Origin: an uncultured virus (IMG/VR IMGVR_UViG_3300023109_000017)
Lineage: Duplodnaviria; Heunggongvirae; Uroviricota; Caudoviricetes
Virus record (IMG/VR): IMGVR_UViG_3300023109_000017
DNA length: 20,000 nucleotides
Reading direction: 5' to 3' (one strand)
Shown here in pieces: positions 9,062 to 17,710 of this stretch. The notes under the pieces are model-generated. The model did not search any database, had not been told where the DNA came from, and saw nothing but the letters and a program-made list of their open reading frames with translations. Both the position numbers and the translations under genes were made by a program. Each line of letters opens with the position of its first letter. The stretch's first letter is position 1.

Positions 9062-9937
9062 ATGGCAACTAATCACTATTTCAGTCAAAAAGTAAGATCT
9101 GAACAAGATTTATATGAAGATATTATAATAGAATCTTTAAAAATCTATGGTCAAGATGTTTATTATCTCCCAAGAGATATTGTTAATGAAGATAGAATCT
9201 TAGGTGATGACGTACCTTCTAGATTTAATTCTTCATATAAGATTGAAATGTACATAGAGAACGTAGAAGGTTTTGATGGCGAGGGAGACTTATTCACTAA
9301 GTTTGGAGTAGAGATAAGAGACCAAGCAACGTTTATTGTATCGCGAAAGCGCTGGGCTAATTCGGTTGCAAGGTATGATAATGAGCTTAGTAGCGTGAGA
9401 CCTTTAGAGGGTGATTTAATTTATCTTCCGCTGTCTAATAAACTATTTCAAATTATGCAGGTTGAGCATGAACAGCCATTCTATCAGTTAAGCAATCTAC
9501 CTACATATAAGCTAAGAACAGAATTGTTCGAATATAACGATGAAGATCTTGATACCGGTATTGATGCAATTGATGTTATCGAAAGAGCACATGCATATGA
9601 GTATTTGCTCACTTTAGATTCCGCCAGTAATGGATTTATTATTGGTGAGACAGCTACTCAGACTTTCTCTACCGGAGTGACTATGCAGGGAGAGATCTCT
9701 AAGTGGTCTGATTCAGATAATATTCTTGGTCTGATTCATGTAGGTGCTAGTGATGGTTTGTACCATGAGTTCACTACTACATTACAGATATCAAGTCTTA
9801 CCTCAGTTGCAACTGTAACAGCAGTTACAGAGGATAATCAAATATCTGCGAATGAACAAAATGACGACTTTAATACTATTGGAGATAGCTTTTTAGACTT
9901 TACAGAATCAAATCCATTTGGTGATCCGAGTGGCTGA
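9062..9937 (+). CDS. gp14: Neck protein gp14 (head closure)
   Basis: IIESLKIYGQDVYYLPR, FTKFGVEIRD, RPLEGDLIYLP, VEHEQPFYQL, DFTESNPFG; synteny. Confidence 0.93.
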   Translation: MATNHYFSQKVRSEQDLYEDIIIESLKIYGQDVYYLPRDIVNEDRILGDDVPSRFNSSYKIEMYIENVEGFDGEGDLFTKFGVEIRDQATFIVSRKRWANSVARYDNELSSVRPLEGDLIYLPLSNKLFQIMQVEHEQPFYQLSNLPTYKLRTELFEYNDEDLDTGIDAIDVIERAHAYEYLLTLDSASNGFIIGETATQTFSTGVTMQGEISKWSDSDNILGLIHVGASDGLYHEFTTTLQISSLTSVATVTAVTEDNQISANEQNDDFNTIGDSFLDFTESNPFGDPSG

Positions 9938-9938
9938 T

Positions 9939-10169
9939 ATGTTTGATTTCGGATTTACTGCGGTTGATGAAGATGAACTGGAAGCCGTACAAAAAGTGAC
10001 AGTTGCTGTTACATCTGCAGAAGATAGATTAAATAACCTATACAATGCCATTGTTCCGCTTTTAAATAATTTAAAAAAGAATCCAGAGAAAGATTATATT
10101 CTCTGGCCTAATCGTTTAACCAAAGTAGAAGAGTTCGAAGACGTTCTACAGAAGATATACAAGGGTTAA
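9939..10169 (+). CDS. Small hypothetical phage protein (76 aa)
   Basis: ATG at 9939, 1 nt after the gp14 stop, preferred over the track's 9918 start; MFDFGFTAVDEDELE...LLNNLKKNPEKDYILWPNR; fills the gp14-gp15 gap. Confidence 0.75.
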   Translation: MFDFGFTAVDEDELEAVQKVTVAVTSAEDRLNNLYNAIVPLLNNLKKNPEKDYILWPNRLTKVEEFEDVLQKIYKG

Positions 10170-10171
10170 TT

Positions 10172-11005
10172 ATGCTTGGTAATCATTTCTATCATGAACG
10201 GTTAAGAAAAAGCGTTGCAGTATTCGGCGCGCTATTTAATAATATTTATGTCATTCGTAAAAATTCTTCCAATCAAGTTATTTCTCAGGTTAAAGTTCCG
10301 TTATCTTATGCACCTAAGAACAAGTTTTTAGAACGAATTAGAGAAAACCCAGACTTAGACGCTAATACTCAAGTAGCGATGAAGTTACCTAGGATGTCTT
10401 TTGAGATTATTTCTATTGCATACGATCAGGGTAGGCAGCTACAGAAAACTAATAACTTTCAGCAGCCAGGCACTTCTAATGCTCTTCGAAATAAGTTTTA
10501 TTCATATGTGCCATATAATTTAGGGTTTCAATTAAATATATACGCCAAAACTCAAGATGATGCTTTGCAAGTGGTAGAGCAAGTATTGCCATACTTTAAT
10601 CCACAATATACGCTTACATTAAAACCTTTTACTGAGTATCCTGATATAAAAGAAGATGTTCCAATTGCTCTAAACGGAGTAGATTTTTCTGATGATTACG
10701 AAGGTGCTCTAGAGCAAAGAAGAACTATCTTATACACTTTATCATTTGATATGAGAATTAATTTTTATGGACCTATACAGTCCAAAAACGTTATTCGCAA
10801 ATCTATAAATAACATTTACGATATTAACGCTGGTGTATCAGGAGATGACTTCTCTGGTAGAGTTACAGTAACACCAGACCCATTAACAGCTATTGGTTTA
10901 GCAGATAGTGACTTCGGATTCACCGAGGTTATAGAAGAAAAAGATAACAGATCTTATGTACTTAACGGTTATGTAGTAACCGATTATTTTAGCATCGAGG
11001 GATAA
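10172..11005 (+). CDS. gp15: Tail sheath stabiliser / tail terminator gp15
   Basis: HFYHERLRKSVAVFGALFNNI, KVPLSYAPK, LPRMSFE, QVVEQVLPYFNP; synteny. Confidence 0.93.
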   Translation: MLGNHFYHERLRKSVAVFGALFNNIYVIRKNSSNQVISQVKVPLSYAPKNKFLERIRENPDLDANTQVAMKLPRMSFEIISIAYDQGRQLQKTNNFQQPGTSNALRNKFYSYVPYNLGFQLNIYAKTQDDALQVVEQVLPYFNPQYTLTLKPFTEYPDIKEDVPIALNGVDFSDDYEGALEQRRTILYTLSFDMRINFYGPIQSKNVIRKSINNIYDINAGVSGDDFSGRVTVTPDPLTAIGLADSDFGFTEVIEEKDNRSYVLNGYVVTDYFSIEG

Positions 11006-11006
11006 C

Positions 11007-11957
11007 ATGGCAATTACATTAAGAACCACAAAAGGTTCAGCTCTTACTCATACAGAGATGGATACCAACTTTAGTGAACTAGATAGTAGGATTATTGATT
11101 CCGGTGGGGTTGCTTCTATTGCTCGATCTGTAGCACTTGACTCTGCAGAAGCCTTTCAACTTCTTTTAGACTCATCTGAAATAGTTAATTTAATTGATAG
11201 TAGTTATATTAACACATATGCTACAAATCCAGCTGCAGTTTCTACTTTAATTGCAAGTGAGGGTTATACTAAAATTGACTCTGCCGATACTATGGGAATC
11301 ATTGATTCACATGTAGATGTAGACTTTATTGCTGCTTATGTAGACTCTGCTTTCGTAGCATTAAGAGCTCCAGACTATGTAACCTATTATGAAGACGAAG
11401 TAAAAGGTACAGTTGATTCAGACTATATAGTATTAAAACAAAGACAATATACATTCGCTGGTGATTTTCAATCTGACACTGAAGCGTTTATAGACTCAAA
11501 CTATGTACAGGCTAGACAGCTCTTTAATAATTTTATTGATTCAGCTGCTGTACTAGATATTAGTTTAGCTAACATTGTAGAAGATCAAAGCCCTGAACTC
11601 GGAGGTGACTTAAACCTCCAGAGGTTTGGGCTGCAATATACATTTACTATTACTGCTTATGAAAATACAGCTTATATATTTTCAGACTCTGCAGAGTTGT
11701 TTTTTCCAACCTCGGAACTTGATCCCGATTTATATTTAAGAAGAGGGGAAAGATACCTACTTAATAATATTACTGGCGGCCATCCTATGGAAATACAAGA
11801 TAGTGATGGTAATGCATATGAAACTGGCGTAATTAATAACAGAGATAGCGATGGAACTGGACAGGTAATTGTAACTCCTTCTATGACTGCGCCGCTTAGA
11901 TTAAGGTATCAATGTACCACTCATGATTCAATGGGCGGAATTATTAATATAGTGTAA
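11007..11957 (+). CDS. Putative virion fibre/decoration protein with DS-repeat stalk and cupredoxin-like C-terminal domain
   Basis: N-terminus MAITLRTTKGSALTHTEMDTNF; 15 DS dipeptides; EDQSPELGGDLN motif; C-terminal LYLRRGERY..GGHP..YQCTTHDSMGG. Confidence 0.65.
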   Translation: MAITLRTTKGSALTHTEMDTNFSELDSRIIDSGGVASIARSVALDSAEAFQLLLDSSEIVNLIDSSYINTYATNPAAVSTLIASEGYTKIDSADTMGIIDSHVDVDFIAAYVDSAFVALRAPDYVTYYEDEVKGTVDSDYIVLKQRQYTFAGDFQSDTEAFIDSNYVQARQLFNNFIDSAAVLDISLANIVEDQSPELGGDLNLQRFGLQYTFTITAYENTAYIFSDSAELFFPTSELDPDLYLRRGERYLLNNITGGHPMEIQDSDGNAYETGVINNRDSDGTGQVIVTPSMTAPLRLRYQCTTHDSMGGIINIV

Positions 11958-11961
11958 TGAT

Positions 11962-12321
11962 ATGACACAAGATAATGCAGAAAATGACTTTGAATACTCA
12001 AGAAGAATATATCACGATCTTTTAAATAAAGGTTCTGAAGCTCTAGACGATATGATGGAAGTAGCACGAGCTACCGAACATCCTAGAGCTTTTGAGGTTC
12101 TTTCTAATATGATGAAAAATGTTGGTGATATTAATGGATCACTTATGGATCTTCATAAGAAGAAAAAAGACTTCGATAAAACTGATGAGGTAAAGGAATT
12201 ACCAGGTCAAACTACCAATAATGTGTTTATTGGTTCTACAAGTGAACTGCAACGAATGTTGCGGCAACAAGATGATGAGGAAAATATAGTTGACATTAGT
12301 GATTACAAGAAGGATGACTGA
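11962..12321 (+). CDS. gp16: Terminase small subunit gp16
   Basis: DFEYSR, EHPRAFEV, TTNNVFIGSTSELQRML; directly before the large subunit. Confidence 0.92.
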   Translation: MTQDNAENDFEYSRRIYHDLLNKGSEALDDMMEVARATEHPRAFEVLSNMMKNVGDINGSLMDLHKKKKDFDKTDEVKELPGQTTNNVFIGSTSELQRMLRQQDDEENIVDISDYKKDD

Positions 12322-13909
12322 CTCTTATAATGGTAATATCAATGTAAAAAGAGATGGTATTAGCCATAATTGGACAACAGCTGAAGTAGCTGAATATGCC
12401 AAGTGTATGAAAGACCCTGGCTACTTTGCTTCAACATATTGTAAAATTATATCGCTTGACAAAGGATTAGTTCCATTTGAACTTTATCCATATCAAGAAA
12501 AAATGTTTAAGAAATTTAATGACAATAGATTTAATATAGTATTAGCGTGCCGCCAATCAGGTAAATCTATATCTTCAGTTGCATATCTCCTATGGTACGT
12601 ACTATTTAACCCAGAAAAAACTGTTGCGATTCTTGCAAATAAAGGCGCAACTGCTGGCGAGATGTTAGCACGTATTACTCTTATGCTAGAGAATCTTCCT
12701 TTCTTTTTACAACCAGGTTGTAGAGCTCTTAATAAAAGATCTATAGAGTTTTCAAATAATAGTAGAGTTATTGCAGCTGCCACGTCCGGATCGTCTATTC
12801 GTGGTATGTCAGTTAACTTATTATACCTTGATGAGTTTGCATTTGTTGAAAGAGCAGCCGAGTTTTATACCTCAACATATCCTGTTATTTCTTCCGGTAA
12901 AGATACAAAGGTTATTATTACTTCTACTGCTAATGGTATCGGTAATATATTCGAAAAGATATGGACAGGAGCTATTCAAGGCGTAAATGAATATACACCG
13001 TTCAGGGTAGATTGGTGGGACGTACCAGGTAGAGACGAAGCGTGGAAGTTACAGACTATTGCTAACACTTCGCAGTTACAGTTTGATCAGGAATTCGGTA
13101 ATACTTTCTTTGGGACAGGTGATACTCTAATTAATGCAGAAACATTAATGGCTCTAAGAGCTAATCCGCCCAAGTCAATGCTAGAAGGTAATAGCGTTTA
13201 TATATATGAAGAAACACAAAAAGATCATGATTATATTATGACTGTTGATGTGTCGAAGGGAAGAGGACAGGACTATTCTACATTTAATGTGATCGATATT
13301 AGCACAAGACCTTTTAAACAGGTTGCTGTTTATCGCAATAATACTATCTCGCCTATTCTCTTCCCAAATATTATTTATAAATATGCTAAAGTCTACAATG
13401 ATGCTTATGTCGTCATTGAAGCTAATGATCAAGGGGCAGTAGTTTGTAACGGATTATATTATGACTTTGAATATGAAAATATGCACGTAGAGTCTGCTGT
13501 TAAGGCAAATGCTCTAGGTATTGAAATGAATAGAAAAGTTAAAAGACTAGGATGCTCTACTATAAAGGATATATTAGAAACACAAAAGCTGGATATAGTA
13601 GACGAAAATACTATTTTAGAAATATCGACCTTTATTGCTAGAGGCCAATCATACGAGGCATCTGACGGTAATCATGATGATCTAATGATGAATCTCGTAA
13701 TGTTTGGATATTTCTCTCTTTCAAGCCAGTTTGGTGAAATTACTAATATTAATCTAAAAGAAATGATGTATAAAAATAGAATGCAAGAGATTGATAATGA
13801 CATGGTTCCATTTGGATTTGTTGATGACGGACTAGAAGAAGTAGAAAGAACTGTAGATCCTAGAGAGCCATGGGCAGTTGAACACGATTTTAACGATAAC
13901 TTTTACTAA
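12314..13909 (+). CDS. gp17: Terminase large subunit gp17
   Basis: Walker A RQSGKS, Walker B LLYLDEFAF, coupling motif ITSTANG, nuclease acidic motifs TVDVSKG and HDDLMM. ATG 12314 (after AAGAAGG, overlapping the gp16 end) preferred over 12290. Confidence 0.97.
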   Translation: MTDSYNGNINVKRDGISHNWTTAEVAEYAKCMKDPGYFASTYCKIISLDKGLVPFELYPYQEKMFKKFNDNRFNIVLACRQSGKSISSVAYLLWYVLFNPEKTVAILANKGATAGEMLARITLMLENLPFFLQPGCRALNKRSIEFSNNSRVIAAATSGSSIRGMSVNLLYLDEFAFVERAAEFYTSTYPVISSGKDTKVIITSTANGIGNIFEKIWTGAIQGVNEYTPFRVDWWDVPGRDEAWKLQTIANTSQLQFDQEFGNTFFGTGDTLINAETLMALRANPPKSMLEGNSVYIYEETQKDHDYIMTVDVSKGRGQDYSTFNVIDISTRPFKQVAVYRNNTISPILFPNIIYKYAKVYNDAYVVIEANDQGAVVCNGLYYDFEYENMHVESAVKANALGIEMNRKVKRLGCSTIKDILETQKLDIVDENTILEISTFIARGQSYEASDGNHDDLMMNLVMFGYFSLSSQFGEITNINLKEMMYKNRMQEIDNDMVPFGFVDDGLEEVERTVDPREPWAVEHDFNDNFY

Positions 13910-13920
13910 ATTAAATAAAT

Positions 13921-13928
13921 TATAAATA
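13921..13928 (+). promoter_or_regulatory. T4-type late promoter for gp18
   Basis: Intergenic TATAAATA ending 62 nt before ATG 13991. Confidence 0.85.
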
Positions 13929-13929
13929 A

Positions 13930-13975
13930 CAGTAATTGAATTCCGTATTATGTAAAACTTATAATTCGATTACTG
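13930..13975 (+). other. Stem-loop in the gp18 leader
   Basis: CAGTAATTGAATT (13930-13942) pairs with AATTCGATTACTG (13963-13975): 13 bp, one G:U, 20-nt interior. Confidence 0.6.
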
Positions 13976-13990
13976 GAAAAGGAACGAACA

Positions 13991-15589
13991 ATGGCATTAT
14001 TTACTCCTTCGGAGTCGCCGGCAATCGTAGTCAAAGAAGTTGATCTGACAGGCGGAGTGCCTAATGTTCAATCTTCAACTGGCGCGTTTGTAGGTAACTT
14101 TCGCTGGGGACCAGCTGAGAAAGCAACGCTCATATCTAATGAAGCGGGACTTGCTGAACAGTTTGGAAACCCAGATGACACCACCACAGTAGATTTTCAT
14201 TCTGCTGCATACTTTCTAAAATATTCTAATTCCATGCAAGTAGTAAGAGCTGTATCTGCTGCTGCGCGGAACGCAACTGATGCATCAGGCACAGCTGCAC
14301 TAATTAAAAATCATGATACATGGGACAACGGCACATGGACTGGTAAAGTACATGCTAAGTATCCTGGTGCATTAGGTAACTCCCTTAAGGTATCTGCTGC
14401 TGGTCCAGCTACGTGGAGTGGATGGGCATACGCTAGCAAATTCGACGCTGCTCCTACTACTAACGAACAGCATATCGCAGTTGTAGATGAAGGTGGTGAT
14501 ATCTCAGGTACTGCAGGAACAGTACTGGAAACATTCCCATTTGTATCAGAATTAGCTGCTGCTTTAAATGATGATGGCTCAACTAATTATATGAAAAATG
14601 TAATCAACAGACGTTCAGAGTATATCTGGATGAATGCAGTTACAGATTCTGCTGATGACCTATCTCTAGCTAACGGCGTTAACAGTGCTGCATTAAGTAC
14701 AGCAGAAGTAGCTACAGGCTTTGATCTCTTAGAAGATAAAGATGCAGTACAAGTCGATTTCTTGATTGCACCCGGCATGGCTAGTAGAACAGATCAAACA
14801 ACCGTAGTTAACGATTTAGTGGCAACTGCTGGTACAGAACGTAAAGATTGTGTAGTTGTTAGCTCACCTGCAAGATCAGATATCGTTGGATCAGCTTCGC
14901 CAAATGCTGATGCTATCACAACTGCAGCTACATTCTCAGACACTTCTTATTTGTTTATTGATAACAACTACTTGAAAGTGTATGACAAATACAACGATAA
15001 ATATATCCAGATTCCAGCGGCTTCTTCAACTGCAGGTATCATGGCGGCTTCTGATAGAGAAGCAGGTCCATGGTTCTCACCAGCAGGTTCTCGTAGAGGT
15101 GCTTATCTAGGTGTAACTGCTCTTTCATATAGCCCCTCAAAGGCTGAGAGAGATGCTCTATATAAAGCAAATGTTAATCCAATTGCAAATCTTCCTGGTC
15201 AAGGTGTATTGCTATATGGTGATAAAACAAATATGTCACGGCCTTCTGCATTTGACAGAATTAATGTACGTAGATTGTTTAACACTATTGAGCGCGCAAT
15301 TGCGCTTGCAGCAAGAAACACGATCTTTGAATTCAATGATGAGTTCACAAGGGCGGAGTTTGTAAACATTGTAGAGCCATTCCTAAGAGAAGTCAAAGGA
15401 AGAAGAGGTATCACGGATTTCAGAGTCGTATGTGATGAAACAAACAACTCTGCCGCTGTGGTAGATAGAAATGAATTCATTGCGAATATCTTCATTAAGC
15501 CTGCCCGCTCTATTAACTACATTACACTAAACTTTGTAGCTGTTAGAACCGGTGTCGACTTCGAAGAAGTAGCCGGATTACAGGTATAA
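13991..15589 (+). CDS. gp18: Tail sheath protein gp18
   Basis: SPAIVVKEVDLT, GNFRWGP, AKYPGALGNSL, PWFSPAG, FDRINVRRLF, FEFNDEFTR, IKPARSINYITLNF. Confidence 0.97.
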   Translation: MALFTPSESPAIVVKEVDLTGGVPNVQSSTGAFVGNFRWGPAEKATLISNEAGLAEQFGNPDDTTTVDFHSAAYFLKYSNSMQVVRAVSAAARNATDASGTAALIKNHDTWDNGTWTGKVHAKYPGALGNSLKVSAAGPATWSGWAYASKFDAAPTTNEQHIAVVDEGGDISGTAGTVLETFPFVSELAAALNDDGSTNYMKNVINRRSEYIWMNAVTDSADDLSLANGVNSAALSTAEVATGFDLLEDKDAVQVDFLIAPGMASRTDQTTVVNDLVATAGTERKDCVVVSSPARSDIVGSASPNADAITTAATFSDTSYLFIDNNYLKVYDKYNDKYIQIPAASSTAGIMAASDREAGPWFSPAGSRRGAYLGVTALSYSPSKAERDALYKANVNPIANLPGQGVLLYGDKTNMSRPSAFDRINVRRLFNTIERAIALAARNTIFEFNDEFTRAEFVNIVEPFLREVKGRRGITDFRVVCDETNNSAAVVDRNEFIANIFIKPARSINYITLNFVAVRTGVDFEEVAGLQV

Positions 15590-15600
15590 GGAGATAAAAA

Positions 15601-16128
15601 ATGGCAGTACTAGGCGTAGATGATTTTAAAGCCAAGTTACGTGGTGGTGGAGCGAGACCTAATCTCTTTAAAGCCACTATTAACTTTCCAGGTTATGCTG
15701 GTGGAGATGTAGAACTTACATCGTTCTTGTGTGAGGCAGCTCAGTTGCCCGCATCAACAGTGGGTACAATTATTGTTCCTTTCCGTGGTCGTCAATTAAA
15801 AATGGCTGGTGATCGTACATTTGATGTATGGACTCCAACTATTATTAACGACACCGATTTCAATGTCCGTGATGCAATGGAACGTTGGATGAACGGAATG
15901 AATGCTCATAGTGCAAATACAGGTCTTACTAATCCTGTAGACTATGAGGCAGACCTTGTTGTTGATCAGCTTAATAAAGATGGCACAATTGCTAAAACTT
16001 ATAATTTCAGAGGATGTTTCCCTACAGGGCTATCTCCAATTGATCTGAGCTATGCTTCAGAGAATGAAATTGAAAGATTTACGGTTGAATTCCAAGTGCA
16101 ATATTGGGAAGCAGCGACTACTTCTTAA
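15601..16128 (+). CDS. gp19: Tail tube protein gp19
   Basis: GGGARPNLF, AAQLPAS, VPFRGRQLKMAGDRTF, FPTGLSPIDLSY; AAGGAG RBS. Confidence 0.96.
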   Translation: MAVLGVDDFKAKLRGGGARPNLFKATINFPGYAGGDVELTSFLCEAAQLPASTVGTIIVPFRGRQLKMAGDRTFDVWTPTIINDTDFNVRDAMERWMNGMNAHSANTGLTNPVDYEADLVVDQLNKDGTIAKTYNFRGCFPTGLSPIDLSYASENEIERFTVEFQVQYWEAATTS

Positions 16129-16133
16129 AGCAC

Positions 16134-16141
16134 TATAAATA
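16134..16141 (+). promoter_or_regulatory. T4-type late promoter for gp20
   Basis: Intergenic TATAAATA 5 nt after the gp19 stop. Confidence 0.8.
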
Positions 16142-16142
16142 G

Positions 16143-16169
16143 ATAGAGGGGCTTTAAGGGTCCCTCTAT
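16143..16169 (+). terminator. Hairpin between gp19 and gp20 (weak terminator, attenuator or mRNA stabiliser)
   Basis: ATAGAGGGGCT pairs with GGTCCCTCTAT (11 bp, two G:U); followed by AACTAATTTT, a poor U tract. Confidence 0.55.
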
Positions 16170-16189
16170 AACTAATTTTAGGAACGAAC

Positions 16190-17710
16190 ATGGCTGATGA
16201 TAGTATAAGACTTTTTGGATTTGAAATTAAGCGGGCTAAAGATAAGTCCGATGATAAACTTCGTTCTATTGTTCCTCCAGTTGATGAAGATGGCGCTGGA
16301 TATGTAACAGCTGCAGGTTCTCATTATGGTACATATGTAAATGTAGACGGTGGAGAGCATGCAAAGGACAATATTCAAAATATTAAACAATACCGAGCTG
16401 TATCTTATCACCCAGAAGTAGATGCTGCTATCGATGATATTGTAAACGAATCTATTGTATCTGGAGAAAATGAATTACCAGTTAATCTTATTTTAGATCA
16501 TGTTGAGGGTCTTAGTGATCAACTTAAGAAAGTAATTACTACAGAGTTTGAAGGCGTATGCTCTATGCTTAACTTTAAGGAGTTAGGCCATGATATTTTT
16601 AGAAGATGGTATATTGATGGCAGAGTGTATCACCACCTGGTCATTAATGAATCTCAGCCTAAAGCAGGCATCCAAGAAATCAGACCAATTGATGCTGCTA
16701 AGATTCGTAAGGTAAAAGAAGTAAAAAAGAAAAAAGACGAAGTTACTGGCGCTTCATTAGTAGAGAGTGTAAATGAATTTTATATCTACCAGGAAAAACC
16801 AGGCGGTACAAATCAAGGGGTAAAACTTTCTAATGATGCGGTATCTTATGTAACATCAGGGTTACTTGATATCGACCGGAAGAGAGTAGTATCTCACCTC
16901 CATAAAGCTTTAAAGCCAATTAACCAATTGCGTATGATGGAAGACTCGTTAGTTATTTACAGACTAGCTAGAGCTCCAGAGCGTAGAATCTTTTATATTG
17001 ATGTTGGTAACTTACCGAGAGGTAAAGCTGAAACATATATGAAAGATATTATGTCCCGTTATCGTAATAAACTTGTATATGATGCTGACTCTGGTAAGAT
17101 TAGAGATGATCGTAAGCATATGTCTATGCTAGAGGACTTCTGGTTGCCTCGTAGAGAAGGCGGTAGAGGTACGGAGATTACTACTTTACCAGGTGGTGAG
17201 AATCTAGGCCAGATTGATGATATCTTATACTTCCAGAAAAAGATGTACAAAGCTCTCAATGTTCCTGTTTCTCGGCTAGAACAAGATCAGGCTGCCGGAT
17301 TACTTGGTAGAGCTTCTGAGATAAATAGAGATGAGCTTAAGTTTCAGAAGTTTATTGATAGATTGCGTAATAAGTTTTCTTCTCTATTCTTAGGTATTCT
17401 TAAGAAACAGTTAATGCTTAAGGGTGTTATTACTGAAGAAGATTGGGATAATTGGAAGAACGACGTTGTAGTTGATTATATTAGAGATAATCACTTCTCT
17501 GAACTAAGAGATGCAGAACTACTCAGAGAAAAGTTACAGACTCTGGATACAATGCAGCAGTATGTTGGTGAGTTCTTCTCTAAAGAATATGTAATGAAGA
17601 ACGTTCTTTTACTTGATGATGATGCGATAAAAGAAATGAAAGATCAGATATCACAAGAAAAATCATCAGGTGAAATTCCAGATGACAGCGAAGAGGAGCA
17701 AGATCAGTAA
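16190..17710 (+). CDS. gp20: Portal protein gp20
   Basis: HPEVDAAIDDIVNE, FRRWYIDGR, NQLRMMEDSLVIYRLARAPERRIFYIDVGNLP, EDFWLPRREGGRGTEITTLPGG. Confidence 0.98.
   Translation: MADDSIRLFGFEIKRAKDKSDDKLRSIVPPVDEDGAGYVTAAGSHYGTYVNVDGGEHAKDNIQNIKQYRAVSYHPEVDAAIDDIVNESIVSGENELPVNLILDHVEGLSDQLKKVITTEFEGVCSMLNFKELGHDIFRRWYIDGRVYHHLVINESQPKAGIQEIRPIDAAKIRKVKEVKKKKDEVTGASLVESVNEFYIYQEKPGGTNQGVKLSNDAVSYVTSGLLDIDRKRVVSHLHKALKPINQLRMMEDSLVIYRLARAPERRIFYIDVGNLPRGKAETYMKDIMSRYRNKLVYDADSGKIRDDRKHMSMLEDFWLPRREGGRGTEITTLPGGENLGQIDDILYFQKKMYKALNVPVSRLEQDQAAGLLGRASEINRDELKFQKFIDRLRNKFSSLFLGILKKQLMLKGVITEEDWDNWKNDVVVDYIRDNHFSELRDAELLREKLQTLDTMQQYVGEFFSKEYVMKNVLLLDDDAIKEMKDQISQEKSSGEIPDDSEEEQDQ

Noticed and set aside
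9918..12313. ORF-track starts at 9918 and 12290
   Set aside because: Both are non-ATG extensions into the upstream gene; ATGs at 9939 and 12314 fit the tight gene packing better.
13991..16128. Bacterial contractile injection system or tailocin
   Set aside because: Portal, both terminase subunits, neck proteins and T4 late promoters show a DNA-packaging T4-like phage.
12314..17710. Intein, intron or homing endonuclease in terminase, sheath or portal genes
   Set aside because: ORFs are continuous, of normal or short length, and show no splicing or endonuclease motifs.
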